A stretch of DNA of 64,000 nt, taken from Shigella phage vB_SsoM_113. Made by a program: the position numbers and the translations under genes. The stretch lies in the sequence record LR746311; one strand, 5' to 3'. The notes below the pieces were generated by a model. That model was not told the DNA's origin. It was given only the letters and a program-made list of their open reading frames with translations, and did not search any database. Shown one piece after another: positions 38,327 to 47,029 of this stretch (position 1 is its first letter; every line of letters begins with the position of its first letter).

Positions 38327-38656
38327 ATGATTTATTGTATGAATATCGGTGATTCCGACACAAAAGAGATTAAACTGCATGGAAATCATCATGCTAATAT
38401 TGTGTACTGTAATAAATTTGAGTTTGGCCATGAAAAACTTGGGTTTCTTTACTGCAATGATGTTATAGTCATGGATAAAAAGGAACTCGATGAACTCGAC
38501 CATAAGTCTTTAGATGAAAATGATCGAATTTATTATGGCACTCTTAAAGTATATAACGCTTATCTCAGCGGTAAAAAGGAAAGTCTAAATGCAGAAAACG
38601 AATCCGGGTTTACAGAGACTATTTCAGATTCCGACATTTACCCTATCGAACAGTGA
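38327..38656 (+). CDS. hypothetical protein (109 aa)
   Basis: AAGGAAAAA RBS; overlaps denB start by 68 nt. Confidence 0.5.
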   Translation: MIYCMNIGDSDTKEIKLHGNHHANIVYCNKFEFGHEKLGFLYCNDVIVMDKKELDELDHKSLDENDRIYYGTLKVYNAYLSGKKESLNAENESGFTETISDSDIYPIEQ

Positions 38657-39146
38657 CTTGACTAGTGAAATGAAGGTCAAAATTGCTGATACAGCAAGAT
38701 ACTCTTTAAAACAAGACCCGAACCAGGATAAAGCAGAAGTTATCGAAAGATGCCGTATCGCGGTGTACGCAGAGTTTTTTGTAGCAGATTGGCTGAGCGG
38801 GTATGTTAACAAAGGCCAAGAGGATGTTAATGACCCGTATACATACGCATGGGATGTATTGGCGCATCCAAGATACTGTGGGCTTCGTGTAGAAGTTAAG
38901 ACACACCAAACTGACTCACGTTGGATTTCGGTAACAACAGGATGCAGCGGGGAGTATCCATACGGTTCTGGAATAAATCTAGGGCCCATTCTGAATCACC
39001 AAGTCGCTGATTGTATAATTATATTCAACACTAAAGAAATTCATCCAGGTGTCATCCAGTACACTCCGAAGTTCATCGGTGACAGAGAAGACCTTCGTAA
39101 GGTTGTAAGAAAAAGCAACTACAATGGATGGTATCTTTCCATTTAA
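38589..39146 (+). CDS. denB: endonuclease IV (DenB)
   Basis: 185-aa product MQKTNPGLQRLFQIPTFTLSNSDLTSEMKVKIADTARYSL, recognised as T4 DenB. Confidence 0.9.
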   Translation: MQKTNPGLQRLFQIPTFTLSNSDLTSEMKVKIADTARYSLKQDPNQDKAEVIERCRIAVYAEFFVADWLSGYVNKGQEDVNDPYTYAWDVLAHPRYCGLRVEVKTHQTDSRWISVTTGCSGEYPYGSGINLGPILNHQVADCIIIFNTKEIHPGVIQYTPKFIGDREDLRKVVRKSNYNGWYLSI

Positions 39147-39162
39147 AAATTTTCACAAAACG

Positions 39163-39192
39163 GTTTACATACCACAAGGACTGTGGTACTAT
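39163..39192 (+). promoter_or_regulatory. T4-type early promoter (copy of the 60571 cassette)
   Basis: GTTTAC 39163-39168, spacer ataccacaaggactgtgg, -10 TACTATacaact. Confidence 0.55.
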
Positions 39193-39226
39193 ACAACTAT
39201 CAACTGATACGGATTTGGAGAATAAA

Positions 39227-39433
39227 ATGTTTACTACGGCTGAATTAAAACGAGCAAAAGCTAAGAAAGGGCAAGGAAAATATAAAGCTGAATTAGTTAA
39301 AGAACTTCAGTTTGCTGAGGCTGAATTGAATTCGATGATTATTCAAAATGTTCCAGAAACTGAAATTGCTCTTAAACGTATTGCGAATAAATGTCTTCGT
39401 GATACAATCGTCGATCTTTTAGCGGATTATTGA
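39227..39433 (+). CDS. hypothetical protein (68 aa)
   Basis: GGAGAATAAA RBS, ATG 39227. Confidence 0.5.
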   Translation: MFTTAELKRAKAKKGQGKYKAELVKELQFAEAELNSMIIQNVPETEIALKRIANKCLRDTIVDLLADY

Positions 39434-39438
39434 GTAAA

Positions 39439-39702
39439 ATGAAATTTAAATTTTATTACGCTAAACATAAAATAACTGATGAGTTTGTGTCAGTTGAATA
39501 TTCTAGCGATGATGAAGGTATGATTTATACTCGTTTGGGATTATCACACTGGGAGTCTGATACGCCTTATTTTTCAACTCCCGAAGAAATTATACGCTTA
39601 GTTAATGGTCATATGAATGACCACTGGGATGTAATTCTTTCAGATAGTCTTAAAGCGGCTATTAATAGTAATGAAATGAAAATCGCTGAGATTGAACTAT
39701 GA
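39439..39702 (+). CDS. hypothetical protein (87 aa)
   Basis: ATG ORF. Confidence 0.45.
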   Translation: MKFKFYYAKHKITDEFVSVEYSSDDEGMIYTRLGLSHWESDTPYFSTPEEIIRLVNGHMNDHWDVILSDSLKAAINSNEMKIAEIEL

Positions 39703-39785
39703 GTTCATTATGGTGGTGTTTTGTTTGGTTAATTAGTATTCCATTGATTTGTTTAGTATTTACTTTTGTGATGAGGTTATTATGA
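39699..39785 (+). CDS. tiny hydrophobic ORF (28 aa)
   Basis: ATGA-coupled; MSSLWWCFVWLISIPLICLVF. Confidence 0.25.
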   Translation: MSSLWWCFVWLISIPLICLVFTFVMRLL

Positions 39786-39880
39786 AAATTTTGAATTCTG
39801 TACTTATTGCTTGTGCGTGGTGGATTGCGCAAGTTTCAGCGGTAGTGATTGGTATTCACATTTATTACGAATATTTTTAA
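39782..39880 (+). CDS. tiny hydrophobic ORF (32 aa)
   Basis: ATGA-coupled; GAGG RBS; MKILNSVLIACAWWIAQVSAVVIG. Confidence 0.3.
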   Translation: MKILNSVLIACAWWIAQVSAVVIGIHIYYEYF

Positions 39881-39887
39881 AAAAGTT

Positions 39888-39917
39888 GTTTACAAGACTG
39901 TTCCTCTGTGGTACTAT
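39888..39917 (+). promoter_or_regulatory. T4-type early promoter (copy of the 13324 cassette)
   Basis: GTTTACaagactgttcctctgtggTACTAT, identical to 13324-13353. Confidence 0.55.
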
Positions 39918-39945
39918 ACAACTATCAACTACGGAGGAACAGAAA

Positions 39946-40059
39946 ATGAAAAAGATTGTTAAAGCTATATGGAATGTAGTTATAATACTAGTAGTTTTGA
40001 GTATATTCCCAATCGTTTTAATGATTGATGTATTAAACGCTTACTTTGGATTTATGTGA
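39946..40059 (+). CDS. tiny membrane protein (37 aa)
   Basis: GGAGG RBS; single TM segment. Confidence 0.35.
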   Translation: MKKIVKAIWNVVIILVVLSIFPIVLMIDVLNAYFGFM

Positions 40060-40066
40060 GGAAAAT

Positions 40067-40264
40067 ATGAAGCGTAAACGCAGTGCTTTTATATTTGTTG
40101 AATGGTTTTTTGATAATATTTTTCCGGCTTTATTCATTTTCATGCTGATTTTCGCCTTAGGTTCAGTTGTAGTTGGAATTTATTTGATGGCAGTTGTCGG
40201 AATGGATATTCACCAAAATGGCTTAAAATCTGTTGTTGAAACAATTTGGAATGGTGTAAAATGA
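40067..40264 (+). CDS. small membrane protein (65 aa)
   Basis: GAGGAAA RBS; TM segment. Confidence 0.4.
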   Translation: MKRKRSAFIFVEWFFDNIFPALFIFMLIFALGSVVVGIYLMAVVGMDIHQNGLKSVVETIWNGVK

Positions 40265-40371
40265 TGAATTTATTGAGTGGTTGGTTTTATATTCTCATGT
40301 TTTACGTCGGTGCAAATTTTCCGTATTGGATGGGATGGTCAACAACTGCATTTGGATTTTATACTCCCTGA
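40261..40371 (+). CDS. tiny hydrophobic ORF (36 aa)
   Basis: ATGA-coupled; aromatic-rich hydrophobic peptide. Confidence 0.3.
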   Translation: MMNLLSGWFYILMFYVGANFPYWMGWSTTAFGFYTP

Positions 40372-40379
40372 GGTGAATT

Positions 40380-40595
40380 ATGAAAATTTTTAAAGATGTA
40401 AAAGTTGGCGAAATTTTTTGCTTAGATAGTGGTGATCAGTTAATTCGTATTTCACCTCTTAAGAGCACTAGCGAGAAAATGACAGTTAATGCTACTTTAG
40501 CAAACAACAGTAATGAACGTTTCTGTATTGAAAATGATACTGAAACTTATACCGTAGAAGAGTTCTGGGAATTGAGCGTCGACTGCGACGATTAA
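40380..40595 (+). CDS. hypothetical protein (71 aa)
   Basis: GAGGTGA RBS. Confidence 0.5.
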   Translation: MKIFKDVKVGEIFCLDSGDQLIRISPLKSTSEKMTVNATLANNSNERFCIENDTETYTVEEFWELSVDCDD

Positions 40596-40654
40596 TTTAT
40601 CGGCCGTGTGTATTCATGCGGCCTTGGAGTAGAAAATAATTAGAGGAAATTAAT

Positions 40655-41107
40655 ATGAAATACATGACTGTTACTGATCTGAATAATGCAGGTGCTACTG
40701 TTATTGGTACAATCAAGGGCGGTGAATGGTTTTTGGGAACTCCGCACAAAGATATTTTATCTAAACCTGGATTTTACTTTTTAATAAGTGAATTCGATGG
40801 TTCATATGGTTCATGCGTATCTGCACGATTTTATGTAGGTAATCAGCGTTCTAAGCAAGGGTTTAGTGCAGTTCTAAGTCATATTCGTCAACGTCGGTCT
40901 CAGCTCGCGCGCACTATTGCAAATAATAATGTTCCATACGCAGTATTTTATTTGCCTGCTTCTAAGATGAAACCTTTGACGACAGGATTTGGAAAAGGTC
41001 AGTTAGCTTTAGCGTTTACTCGTAATCATCATTCTGAGTATCAAACACTTGAAGAAATGAACCGTATGTTGGCTGATAACTTTAAATTTGTTTTGCAGGT
41101 ATACTAA
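40655..41107 (+). CDS. ndd: nucleoid disruption protein Ndd
   Basis: 150-aa product [42 protein letters not shown], recognised as T4 Ndd. Confidence 0.9.
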
Positions 41108-41187
41108 TGAGTAATTTCCATAACGAACATGTGATGCAGTTCTATCGTAACAATCTTAAAACTAAAGGCGTCTTCGGACGCCAGTGA
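41107..41187 (+). CDS. stp: Stp peptide (activator of host PrrC anticodon nuclease)
   Basis: 26-codon [29 protein letters not shown] right after ndd (TAATG). Confidence 0.8.
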
Positions 41188-41194
41188 GGAAAAT

Positions 41195-41350
41195 ATGAAA
41201 TTTGTTCACGGTATAACCTTTTTCTGTTGGTTCTTTTTATGCATCGGAACAGTAATAACTGGAGAAACTTCAGTATTTTTGCAAGCATCAGCTCAGGGCG
41301 TATTAGCGATTTTATCATTATTCGCGTACATTGGTTCTAAAAATAGTTGA
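41195..41350 (+). CDS. ac: small membrane protein (51 aa) at the position of T4 ac
   Basis: GAGGAAA RBS; hydrophobic 51-aa ORF between stp and 52. Confidence 0.6.
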   Translation: MKFVHGITFFCWFFLCIGTVITGETSVFLQASAQGVLAILSLFAYIGSKNS

Positions 41351-41360
41351 GGAGAATATT

Positions 41361-41519
41361 ATGAATATCGCAAAATTATTAGGAGTTATTTCATTTATTT
41401 GTTGGATAGTAGCATGTGTTTTAACTATCTGTATCGATGCTAGCAGTGTGTTTTCACAAGCTTTAGCCCAGGGTATGTGTGCATATTTAACATTTGTGTT
41501 GTTATCTACTAATGATTAA
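41361..41519 (+). CDS. small membrane protein (52 aa)
   Basis: GGAGAA RBS; TM segment. Confidence 0.4.
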   Translation: MNIAKLLGVISFICWIVACVLTICIDASSVFSQALAQGMCAYLTFVLLSTND

Positions 41520-41656
41520 GAAAATCTTGGGCTATTCATTAGCCCTTGCTACTTTATTGGTAGCACTATATTATGGAGTAATGTTCGGATTAATTCAAGT
41601 CGTGCTTTTCATTTCTGATGTTATTATGGCACTACATTCACTAGTATGGTAAATTT

Positions 41657-42985
41657 ATGCAACTGAATAATCGCGATTTAAAAAGTATCATTGATAATGA
41701 AGCATTGGCTTATGCTATGTACACGGTTGAAAATCGTGCTATCCCAAATATGATTGACGGATTTAAGCCAGTTCAACGATTTGTTATTGCTCGAGCTCTT
41801 GATTTAGCACGAGGAAATAAAGATAAGTTTCACAAACTCGCTTCTATTGCAGGTGGTGTAGCAGACCTTGGATATCATCATGGTGAAATCTCTGCACAAG
41901 ACGCAGGTGCTTTGATGGCTAACACTTGGAATAATAACTTTCCTTTGTTAGATGGTCAAGGAAACTTTGGTTCTCGTACCGTTCAAAAAGCAGCGGCAAG
42001 TCGTTATATTTTTGCTCGTGTAAGTAAAAATTTCTATAACGTATATAAAGATACTGAATATGCTCCGGTACATCAAGATAAAGAACACATTCCGCCTGCT
42101 TTCTATTTGCCTATTATTCCTACTGTTCTTCTTAATGGTGTTTCCGGTATTGCAACTGGTTATGCAACTTACATTCTTCCTCATAGTGTTTCTTCTGTCA
42201 AGAAAGCTGTATTGCAAGCTCTTCAAGGAAAGAAAGTAACTAAACCTAAGGTAGAATTCCCAGAATTTCGTGGTGAAGTCGTTGAAATTGACGGTCAATA
42301 TGAAATTCGTGGAACGTACAAGTTTACTTCACGAACTCAAATGCATATCACTGAGATTCCGTATAAGTATGATCGTGAAACTTATGTGAGTAAAATCTTA
42401 GACCCGCTTGAAGATAAAGGCTTCATTACATGGGATGATGCTTGTGGTGAGCATGGTTTTGGCTTCAAAGTTAAATTCCGTAAAGAATATTCCTTGAGCG
42501 ATAACGAAGAAGAACGCCATGCAAAAATTATGAAAGACTTCGGGTTGATTGAGCGTCGTTCCCAGAATATTACCGTTATTAATGAGAAAGGAAAACTACA
42601 AGTTTACGATAACGTAGTTGATTTAATCAAAGACTTCGTTGAAGTTCGTAAAACTTATGTCCAAAAACGAATTGATAACAAAATCAAAGAAACTGAATCA
42701 GCATTTCGTTTAGCCTTTGCCAAGGCACATTTCATTAAGAAAGTAATTTCAGGTGAAATTGTTGTACAAGGTAAAACTCGTAAAGAACTGACCGAAGAAC
42801 TTTCTAAAATTGATATGTATTCTTCTTATGTTGATAAACTAGTTGGAATGAACATTTTTCATATGACTTCCGACGAAGCAAAGAAACTTGCTGAAGAAGC
42901 TAAAGCTAAAAAAGAAGAAAACGAATATTGGAAAACTACTGATGTAGTTACCGAATACACTAAAGATTTAGAGGAAATCAAATGA
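41657..42985 (+). CDS. 52: DNA topoisomerase II subunit gp52 (GyrA-like)
   Basis: 442-aa product MQLNNRDLKSIIDNEALAYAMYTVENRAIPNMIDGFKPVQR. Confidence 0.95.
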   Translation: MQLNNRDLKSIIDNEALAYAMYTVENRAIPNMIDGFKPVQRFVIARALDLARGNKDKFHKLASIAGGVADLGYHHGEISAQDAGALMANTWNNNFPLLDGQGNFGSRTVQKAAASRYIFARVSKNFYNVYKDTEYAPVHQDKEHIPPAFYLPIIPTVLLNGVSGIATGYATYILPHSVSSVKKAVLQALQGKKVTKPKVEFPEFRGEVVEIDGQYEIRGTYKFTSRTQMHITEIPYKYDRETYVSKILDPLEDKGFITWDDACGEHGFGFKVKFRKEYSLSDNEEERHAKIMKDFGLIERRSQNITVINEKGKLQVYDNVVDLIKDFVEVRKTYVQKRIDNKIKETESAFRLAFAKAHFIKKVISGEIVVQGKTRKELTEELSKIDMYSSYVDKLVGMNIFHMTSDEAKKLAEEAKAKKEENEYWKTTDVVTEYTKDLEEIK

Positions 42986-43131
42986 GTCCATTCATTGGTA
43001 TTACAAGCGCTGCGTTAGTATCCGGTGGCATTTTACTGGCGGGTTTAGGTGTTGTTCCTGCTGTAGCAGGAGGTCTTCTTGCGTTCGGAATTCAACGTGT
43101 TATCATGACAGTTATCACAGTCATGCAGTAA
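42982..43131 (+). CDS. small hydrophobic protein (49 aa)
   Basis: ATGA-coupled to gene 52; Gly/Ala/Val-rich TM peptide; not in track. Confidence 0.4.
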   Translation: MSPFIGITSAALVSGGILLAGLGVVPAVAGGLLAFGIQRVIMTVITVMQ

Positions 43132-43136
43132 TTTTA

Positions 43137-43163
43137 GGGAGAGCCGAGGCTCTCCCTTTTTTT
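43137..43163 (+). terminator. rho-independent terminator
   Basis: gggagagcc-gag-ggctctccc hairpin then T7 tract. Confidence 0.75.
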
Positions 43164-43188
43164 ATTTCAAAAATTTTTTCACAAAACG

Positions 43189-43218
43189 GTTTACAAGCAT
43201 AAAGCCTTATGGTACTAT
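43189..43218 (+). promoter_or_regulatory. T4-type early promoter
   Basis: GTTTAC 43189-43194, 18-nt spacer, TACTATacaact. Confidence 0.55.
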
Positions 43219-43266
43219 ACAACTATCAAATAAATGAACTGAAACAAACAACCCGGAGATACAAAA

Positions 43267-43494
43267 ATGAAATTTAAAATCGAAAACGAAATCGTTAAAG
43301 CTAAAAATGCTCTGACTGCTAACAAACTGGTTGTAGATGGTATTGAATATGATATCTGTGGAGTTCGTGAAGAAAAACCCGGTGTTCTGACTTTCTTCAC
43401 AATGATTTTTAAATTTAAAGGTGACACAGAATTCAAACAGTTTGATTTTGCCCATGAAGACGAAATCGAAGTTCGTAATCTGAACATTAAGTAA
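43267..43494 (+). CDS. hypothetical protein (75 aa)
   Basis: GGAGA RBS, ATG 43267. Confidence 0.55.
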   Translation: MKFKIENEIVKAKNALTANKLVVDGIEYDICGVREEKPGVLTFFTMIFKFKGDTEFKQFDFAHEDEIEVRNLNIK

Positions 43495-43533
43495 GTACTT
43501 TATTAGAGCTCTTGAAAAAGAGTGCAAAAAAGT

Positions 43534-43562
43534 GTTTACTTCTGCTTTAAACATGATACTAT
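43534..43562 (+). promoter_or_regulatory. T4-type early promoter of motA
   Basis: GTTTAC 43534-43539, 17-nt spacer, TACTAT 43557-43562. Confidence 0.55.
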
Positions 43563-43599
43563 AGACCTATCAAATAAATGAACTGAAACGGAGATTAAA

Positions 43600-44235
43600 A
43601 TGTCTAAAGTAACTTACATCATCAAAGCTTCTAACGATGTTCTGAATGAAAAAACTGCTGCGATTTTAATTACCATTGCTAAGAAAGATTTCATTACAGC
43701 CGCAGAAGTTCGTGAGGTGCATCCAGATTTAGGTAACGCAGTAGTTAATAGTAATATTGGGGTATTGATTAAAAAAGGCCTGGTGGAGAAATCTGGTGAT
43801 GGATTAATCATTACAGGCGAAGCTCAGGATATTATTTCAAATGCAGCAACTTTATACGCGCAGGAAAATGCTCCTGAACTACTGAAAAAACGAGCAACTC
43901 GTAAAGCTCGCGAGATTACTTCCGATATGGAAGAAGATAAAGACTTCATGTTAAAACTTTTAGATGAAAATGGATTTGTTCTTAAAAAGGTTGAAACTTA
44001 CCGCAGTAACTATCTTGCTATTTTAGAAAAACGCACTCACGGAATTCGTAATTTTGAAATTAATAACAATGGAAATATGCGAATTTTTGGATACAAAATG
44101 ATGGAACACCATATTCAGAAATTTACTGATATTGGAATGTCATGTAAAATCGCTAAAAACGGCAATGTGTATCTTGACATTAAACGCTCGGCAGAAAACA
44201 TTGAAGCAGTAATCACCGTAGCATCTGAACTGTGA
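43600..44235 (+). CDS. motA: middle-transcription activator MotA
   Basis: 211-aa product MSKVTYIIKASNDVLNEKTAAILITIAKKDFITAAEVREV, recognised as T4 MotA. Confidence 0.93.
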   Translation: MSKVTYIIKASNDVLNEKTAAILITIAKKDFITAAEVREVHPDLGNAVVNSNIGVLIKKGLVEKSGDGLIITGEAQDIISNAATLYAQENAPELLKKRATRKAREITSDMEEDKDFMLKLLDENGFVLKKVETYRSNYLAILEKRTHGIRNFEINNNGNMRIFGYKMMEHHIQKFTDIGMSCKIAKNGNVYLDIKRSAENIEAVITVASEL

Positions 44236-44245
44236 GGAATAAATA

Positions 44246-44590
44246 ATGAACAAGTTAGAAATTGTTAATGAACTTCGTCGTTGTGCAGAACCCACTCAAG
44301 AGGGGTGGGACATCTGGTACCATGGAGCTTATCTTGGAACTATTGTTAAAGTTAGAACTGGGCTATATTTAATTATTCGTGAAAATTCTGAATTACCCAA
44401 CGGAGTAGCTCCTGGCGGTGTACGTAAAAACTTCATGGCAGCGATTAGTACCTTTGTTCAATCGGCTTACGAAATTTACCTTGCTGATTATAAAGAATTC
44501 CAGGAATCTCAACCAGTTATTCGCTCAATTGGTGTTAACAAAGCTCGACAGAAAACTTTGTGGCAGCGTATTAAAGGATGGTTTAAATGA
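44246..44590 (+). CDS. hypothetical protein (114 aa)
   Basis: GAGGAA RBS. Confidence 0.55.
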   Translation: MNKLEIVNELRRCAEPTQEGWDIWYHGAYLGTIVKVRTGLYLIIRENSELPNGVAPGGVRKNFMAAISTFVQSAYEIYLADYKEFQESQPVIRSIGVNKARQKTLWQRIKGWFK

Positions 44591-45048
44591 ACCCATTTAT
44601 TAATCGTTTAAAAATGCTGAGTGTTCCTTTATCTCGCGAAACTCCAGAAAGTCTTGTTGAAAAATTTAAAGCGCATGGTTATAAATGCACAGAAGAAGAT
44701 ATTCTGAAAGAAGTTCCTGAAATCTGTTGGCAGTCTGCATATTGGGACGAAAATCAAAAATATCAACGACGAATTGTTTGCGCAGCCAACCGTTTTAAAT
44801 TAAAAGATGGACGAACTCTTGTTATTCCAGGTGCTCGTCATTATTCTAAAGATATGGCAGAAGTTTTAGATGTAGTTAAACCCCAATTAGTTACTCAGCA
44901 AGTTTGTGATGATGACCAAGGGTTTATTGATCAGTATAGTAATTATTGGACACGTGAAGAAGCAATGATTATTGCAACTTACGCAGGACAAGTACGTATT
45001 GAACGCGGTGGTAGTGAAAAAGAACTTTACTCTGAGGACCTTTACTAA
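44587..45048 (+). CDS. hypothetical protein (153 aa)
   Basis: ATGA-coupled ORF. Confidence 0.55.
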   Translation: MNPFINRLKMLSVPLSRETPESLVEKFKAHGYKCTEEDILKEVPEICWQSAYWDENQKYQRRIVCAANRFKLKDGRTLVIPGARHYSKDMAEVLDVVKPQLVTQQVCDDDQGFIDQYSNYWTREEAMIIATYAGQVRIERGGSEKELYSEDLY

Positions 45049-45344
45049 TGAATATTAAAAAGTTTCAAATTGATGGAATTAAGAATCAAATCCAGGCGTT
45101 GGAATATGCCAATAAAATGATGTCATCTAATTGGGGAATTTATGCCAATGAACCGGCATTTCAGTTCTGTGATATGGAATTCACCAAAAAGCTCGTAGGA
45201 AAAGATTATGTATGTCCATTTAGTTCTATAATAAATGACATGTTAAAACCTGCTTTACGCGATCTTTATATTGCGATGAACGAAGAAATGATAAAAGAAC
45301 TAAAACGTCAACTGAAGGTGATTCAATTTGGCCAGGGAAATTAA
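45048..45344 (+). CDS. hypothetical protein (98 aa)
   Basis: TAATG-coupled ORF. Confidence 0.5.
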   Translation: MNIKKFQIDGIKNQIQALEYANKMMSSNWGIYANEPAFQFCDMEFTKKLVGKDYVCPFSSIINDMLKPALRDLYIAMNEEMIKELKRQLKVIQFGQGN

Positions 45345-45629
45345 TTCAAAATCCGATTATTTTAATTCTCTCAATGATAAAGATAAAAATCTAATACGGC
45401 ATTTTATCGTTGAGATGGGATATACTGATACACGTGATTTAAGAGAACATATATTTGAATGTGGTGTAGCTAAAAAGTTTTCATTCACGTGCAATTGTTT
45501 AAGAGAGGTAATTCAGCACTATGAACAATTTAGTCGCAAAACATAATTTTAATAAAGCTTCTGTCCATAAGGATAAGAAGAAAGCGTTTAAAGAATCTAA
45601 TCGCAAACAGAAACATAAGGGGAAGGTCT

Positions 45630-45908
45630 ATGATTATTGATTCTCAGTCTGTGGTTCAATACACAATCAAAATTGATATTCTAGAAAAGCTATACAAGTT
45701 TCTACCAAATTTATACCACTCAATTGTTAATGAATTAGTTGAAGAACTACATCTTGGGAATAATGATTTCTTGATTGGAACTTATAAAGATAACTCAAAG
45801 GCGGGATATTTTTACGTAATTCCAGCTCCAGGAAAAAGTATTGATGATGTATTAAAAACTATAATGATTTATGTCCTTGATTATGAAATTGAAGATTATT
45901 TCGAATGA
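45630..45908 (+). CDS. hypothetical acidic protein (92 aa; size and position compatible with an Arn-like anti-restriction protein)
   Basis: AAGGGGAAGG RBS; acidic 92-aa ORF upstream of asiA. Confidence 0.45.
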   Translation: MIIDSQSVVQYTIKIDILEKLYKFLPNLYHSIVNELVEELHLGNNDFLIGTYKDNSKAGYFYVIPAPGKSIDDVLKTIMIYVLDYEIEDYFE

Positions 45909-46057
45909 GTCATAATCTTGAAAAAGTAATCGAGCATAATGTAGCTCAGGAACGTAAGTCGTTCAAGGAATTCGTAGAAAAAATTTTTGAAGAAAATACC
46001 ACAGACCAGTTTACAAATCAAGCGTCTGATGATATTATAACAAAGTCAACTAATTGA
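45905..46057 (+). CDS. hypothetical protein (50 aa)
   Basis: ATGA-coupled; not in track. Confidence 0.35.
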   Translation: MSHNLEKVIEHNVAQERKSFKEFVEKIFEENTTDQFTNQASDDIITKSTN

Positions 46058-46069
46058 GTGGTATAGTTA

Positions 46070-46342
46070 ATGAATAAAAATATTGATACAGTTCGTGAAA
46101 TTATTACTGTTGCGTCTATTTTGATTAAATTTTCCAGAGAAGATATTGTTGAGAATCGCGCTAATTTTATTGCATTTCTGAATGAGATTGGAGTAACGCA
46201 TGAAGGTAGAAAGTTAAATCAGAATTCATTCCGTAAAATTGTTTCTGAATTAACTCAAGAAGATAAGAAAACCCTCATCGACGAATTCAACGAGGGTTTT
46301 GAGGGTGTATATCGATATCTAGAGATGTATACGAACAAATAA
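46070..46342 (+). CDS. asiA: anti-sigma70 factor AsiA
   Basis: 90-aa product MNKNIDTVREIITVASILIKFSREDIVENRANFIAFLNEIG, recognised as T4 AsiA. Confidence 0.93.
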   Translation: MNKNIDTVREIITVASILIKFSREDIVENRANFIAFLNEIGVTHEGRKLNQNSFRKIVSELTQEDKKTLIDEFNEGFEGVYRYLEMYTNK

Positions 46343-46999
46343 TTATTTAGCCCTTCCTAATATTCTGGCCGCCTGAGCACATATTGATTCAAGGCGGTCA
46401 TTACTTATATGATCATTTCTATACCAGTACATGGTTATTGTTCCAGCATAGATATTATCCAAATTAAAATATGGACAACTGTACATGTAATTTATTTCGG
46501 GAGTAGGCTTTTTAGTTGGTAAAAAAGCAAATTTTGAGTTTGAATAATAATGACGTCCATTTAAATGAACTGCATATTCATCCATAGTTTTATCAACAGG
46601 ATATCCTCCAAGTGATTTTTCACTTATTGTTGAAGGTAGTTTTCCTTCGTATGCTATAATATCAACAAAATAGTTTAAGTTTTTAGGGCGGAAAGAATAC
46701 ACCGCACTAAAGTCTGCCTCAGATGATATATGAACTATCTGGAGTTGTTCCAGGGCGACAGATTCAAAGCGTGCATTTCTTTCCTTTTCAATAATTTCAC
46801 TGTATGTTTCATACTTTGATTGCTTATAGTACTCAAAGAAACTATCTCCCCTATACCAAACAATCGCCATTATAAACAAAAGAATTACGACAGCTACCCG
46901 GGAAGCAAGAACTTTCCCGGTAGCATTATCTTTGAACAAGCGATCTAGAACACCAAACAGAATATCAGAGGGCGAAAATGATATTCTAGGTGCTGCCAT
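46343..46999 (-). CDS. t: holin (gene t)
   Basis: 218 aa, single N-terminal TM segment plus large periplasmic domain; AAGGAGGG RBS. Confidence 0.93.
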   Translation of the reverse strand: MAAPRISFSPSDILFGVLDRLFKDNATGKVLASRVAVVILLFIMAIVWYRGDSFFEYYKQSKYETYSEIIEKERNARFESVALEQLQIVHISSEADFSAVYSFRPKNLNYFVDIIAYEGKLPSTISEKSLGGYPVDKTMDEYAVHLNGRHYYSNSKFAFLPTKKPTPEINYMYSCPYFNLDNIYAGTITMYWYRNDHISNDRLESICAQAARILGRAK

Positions 47000-47029
47000 A
47001 GACCCTCCTTTTAAGGGTATTTATTTAAA

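Noticed and set aside
39128-39226. 5' extensions of track ORFs running through early-promoter cassettes (also 39811-39945, 60518-60643, 61559-61615)
   Set aside because: The extended N-termini translate promoter sequence (e.g. [13 protein letters not shown] from gtttacataccacaaggactgtgg); the true starts are internal ATGs with an RBS.
45328-45546. 72-aa track ORF with no ATG near its 5' end
   Set aside because: Would need a TTG start inside the preceding gene; at most a shorter internal-ATG peptide may be real, so it was left unannotated.
47000-47029. Late promoter for holin gene t
   Set aside because: Only an AATAAATA / TATAATTT-like stretch, no exact TATAAATA; t may be co-transcribed with gene 38, so no promoter was called.
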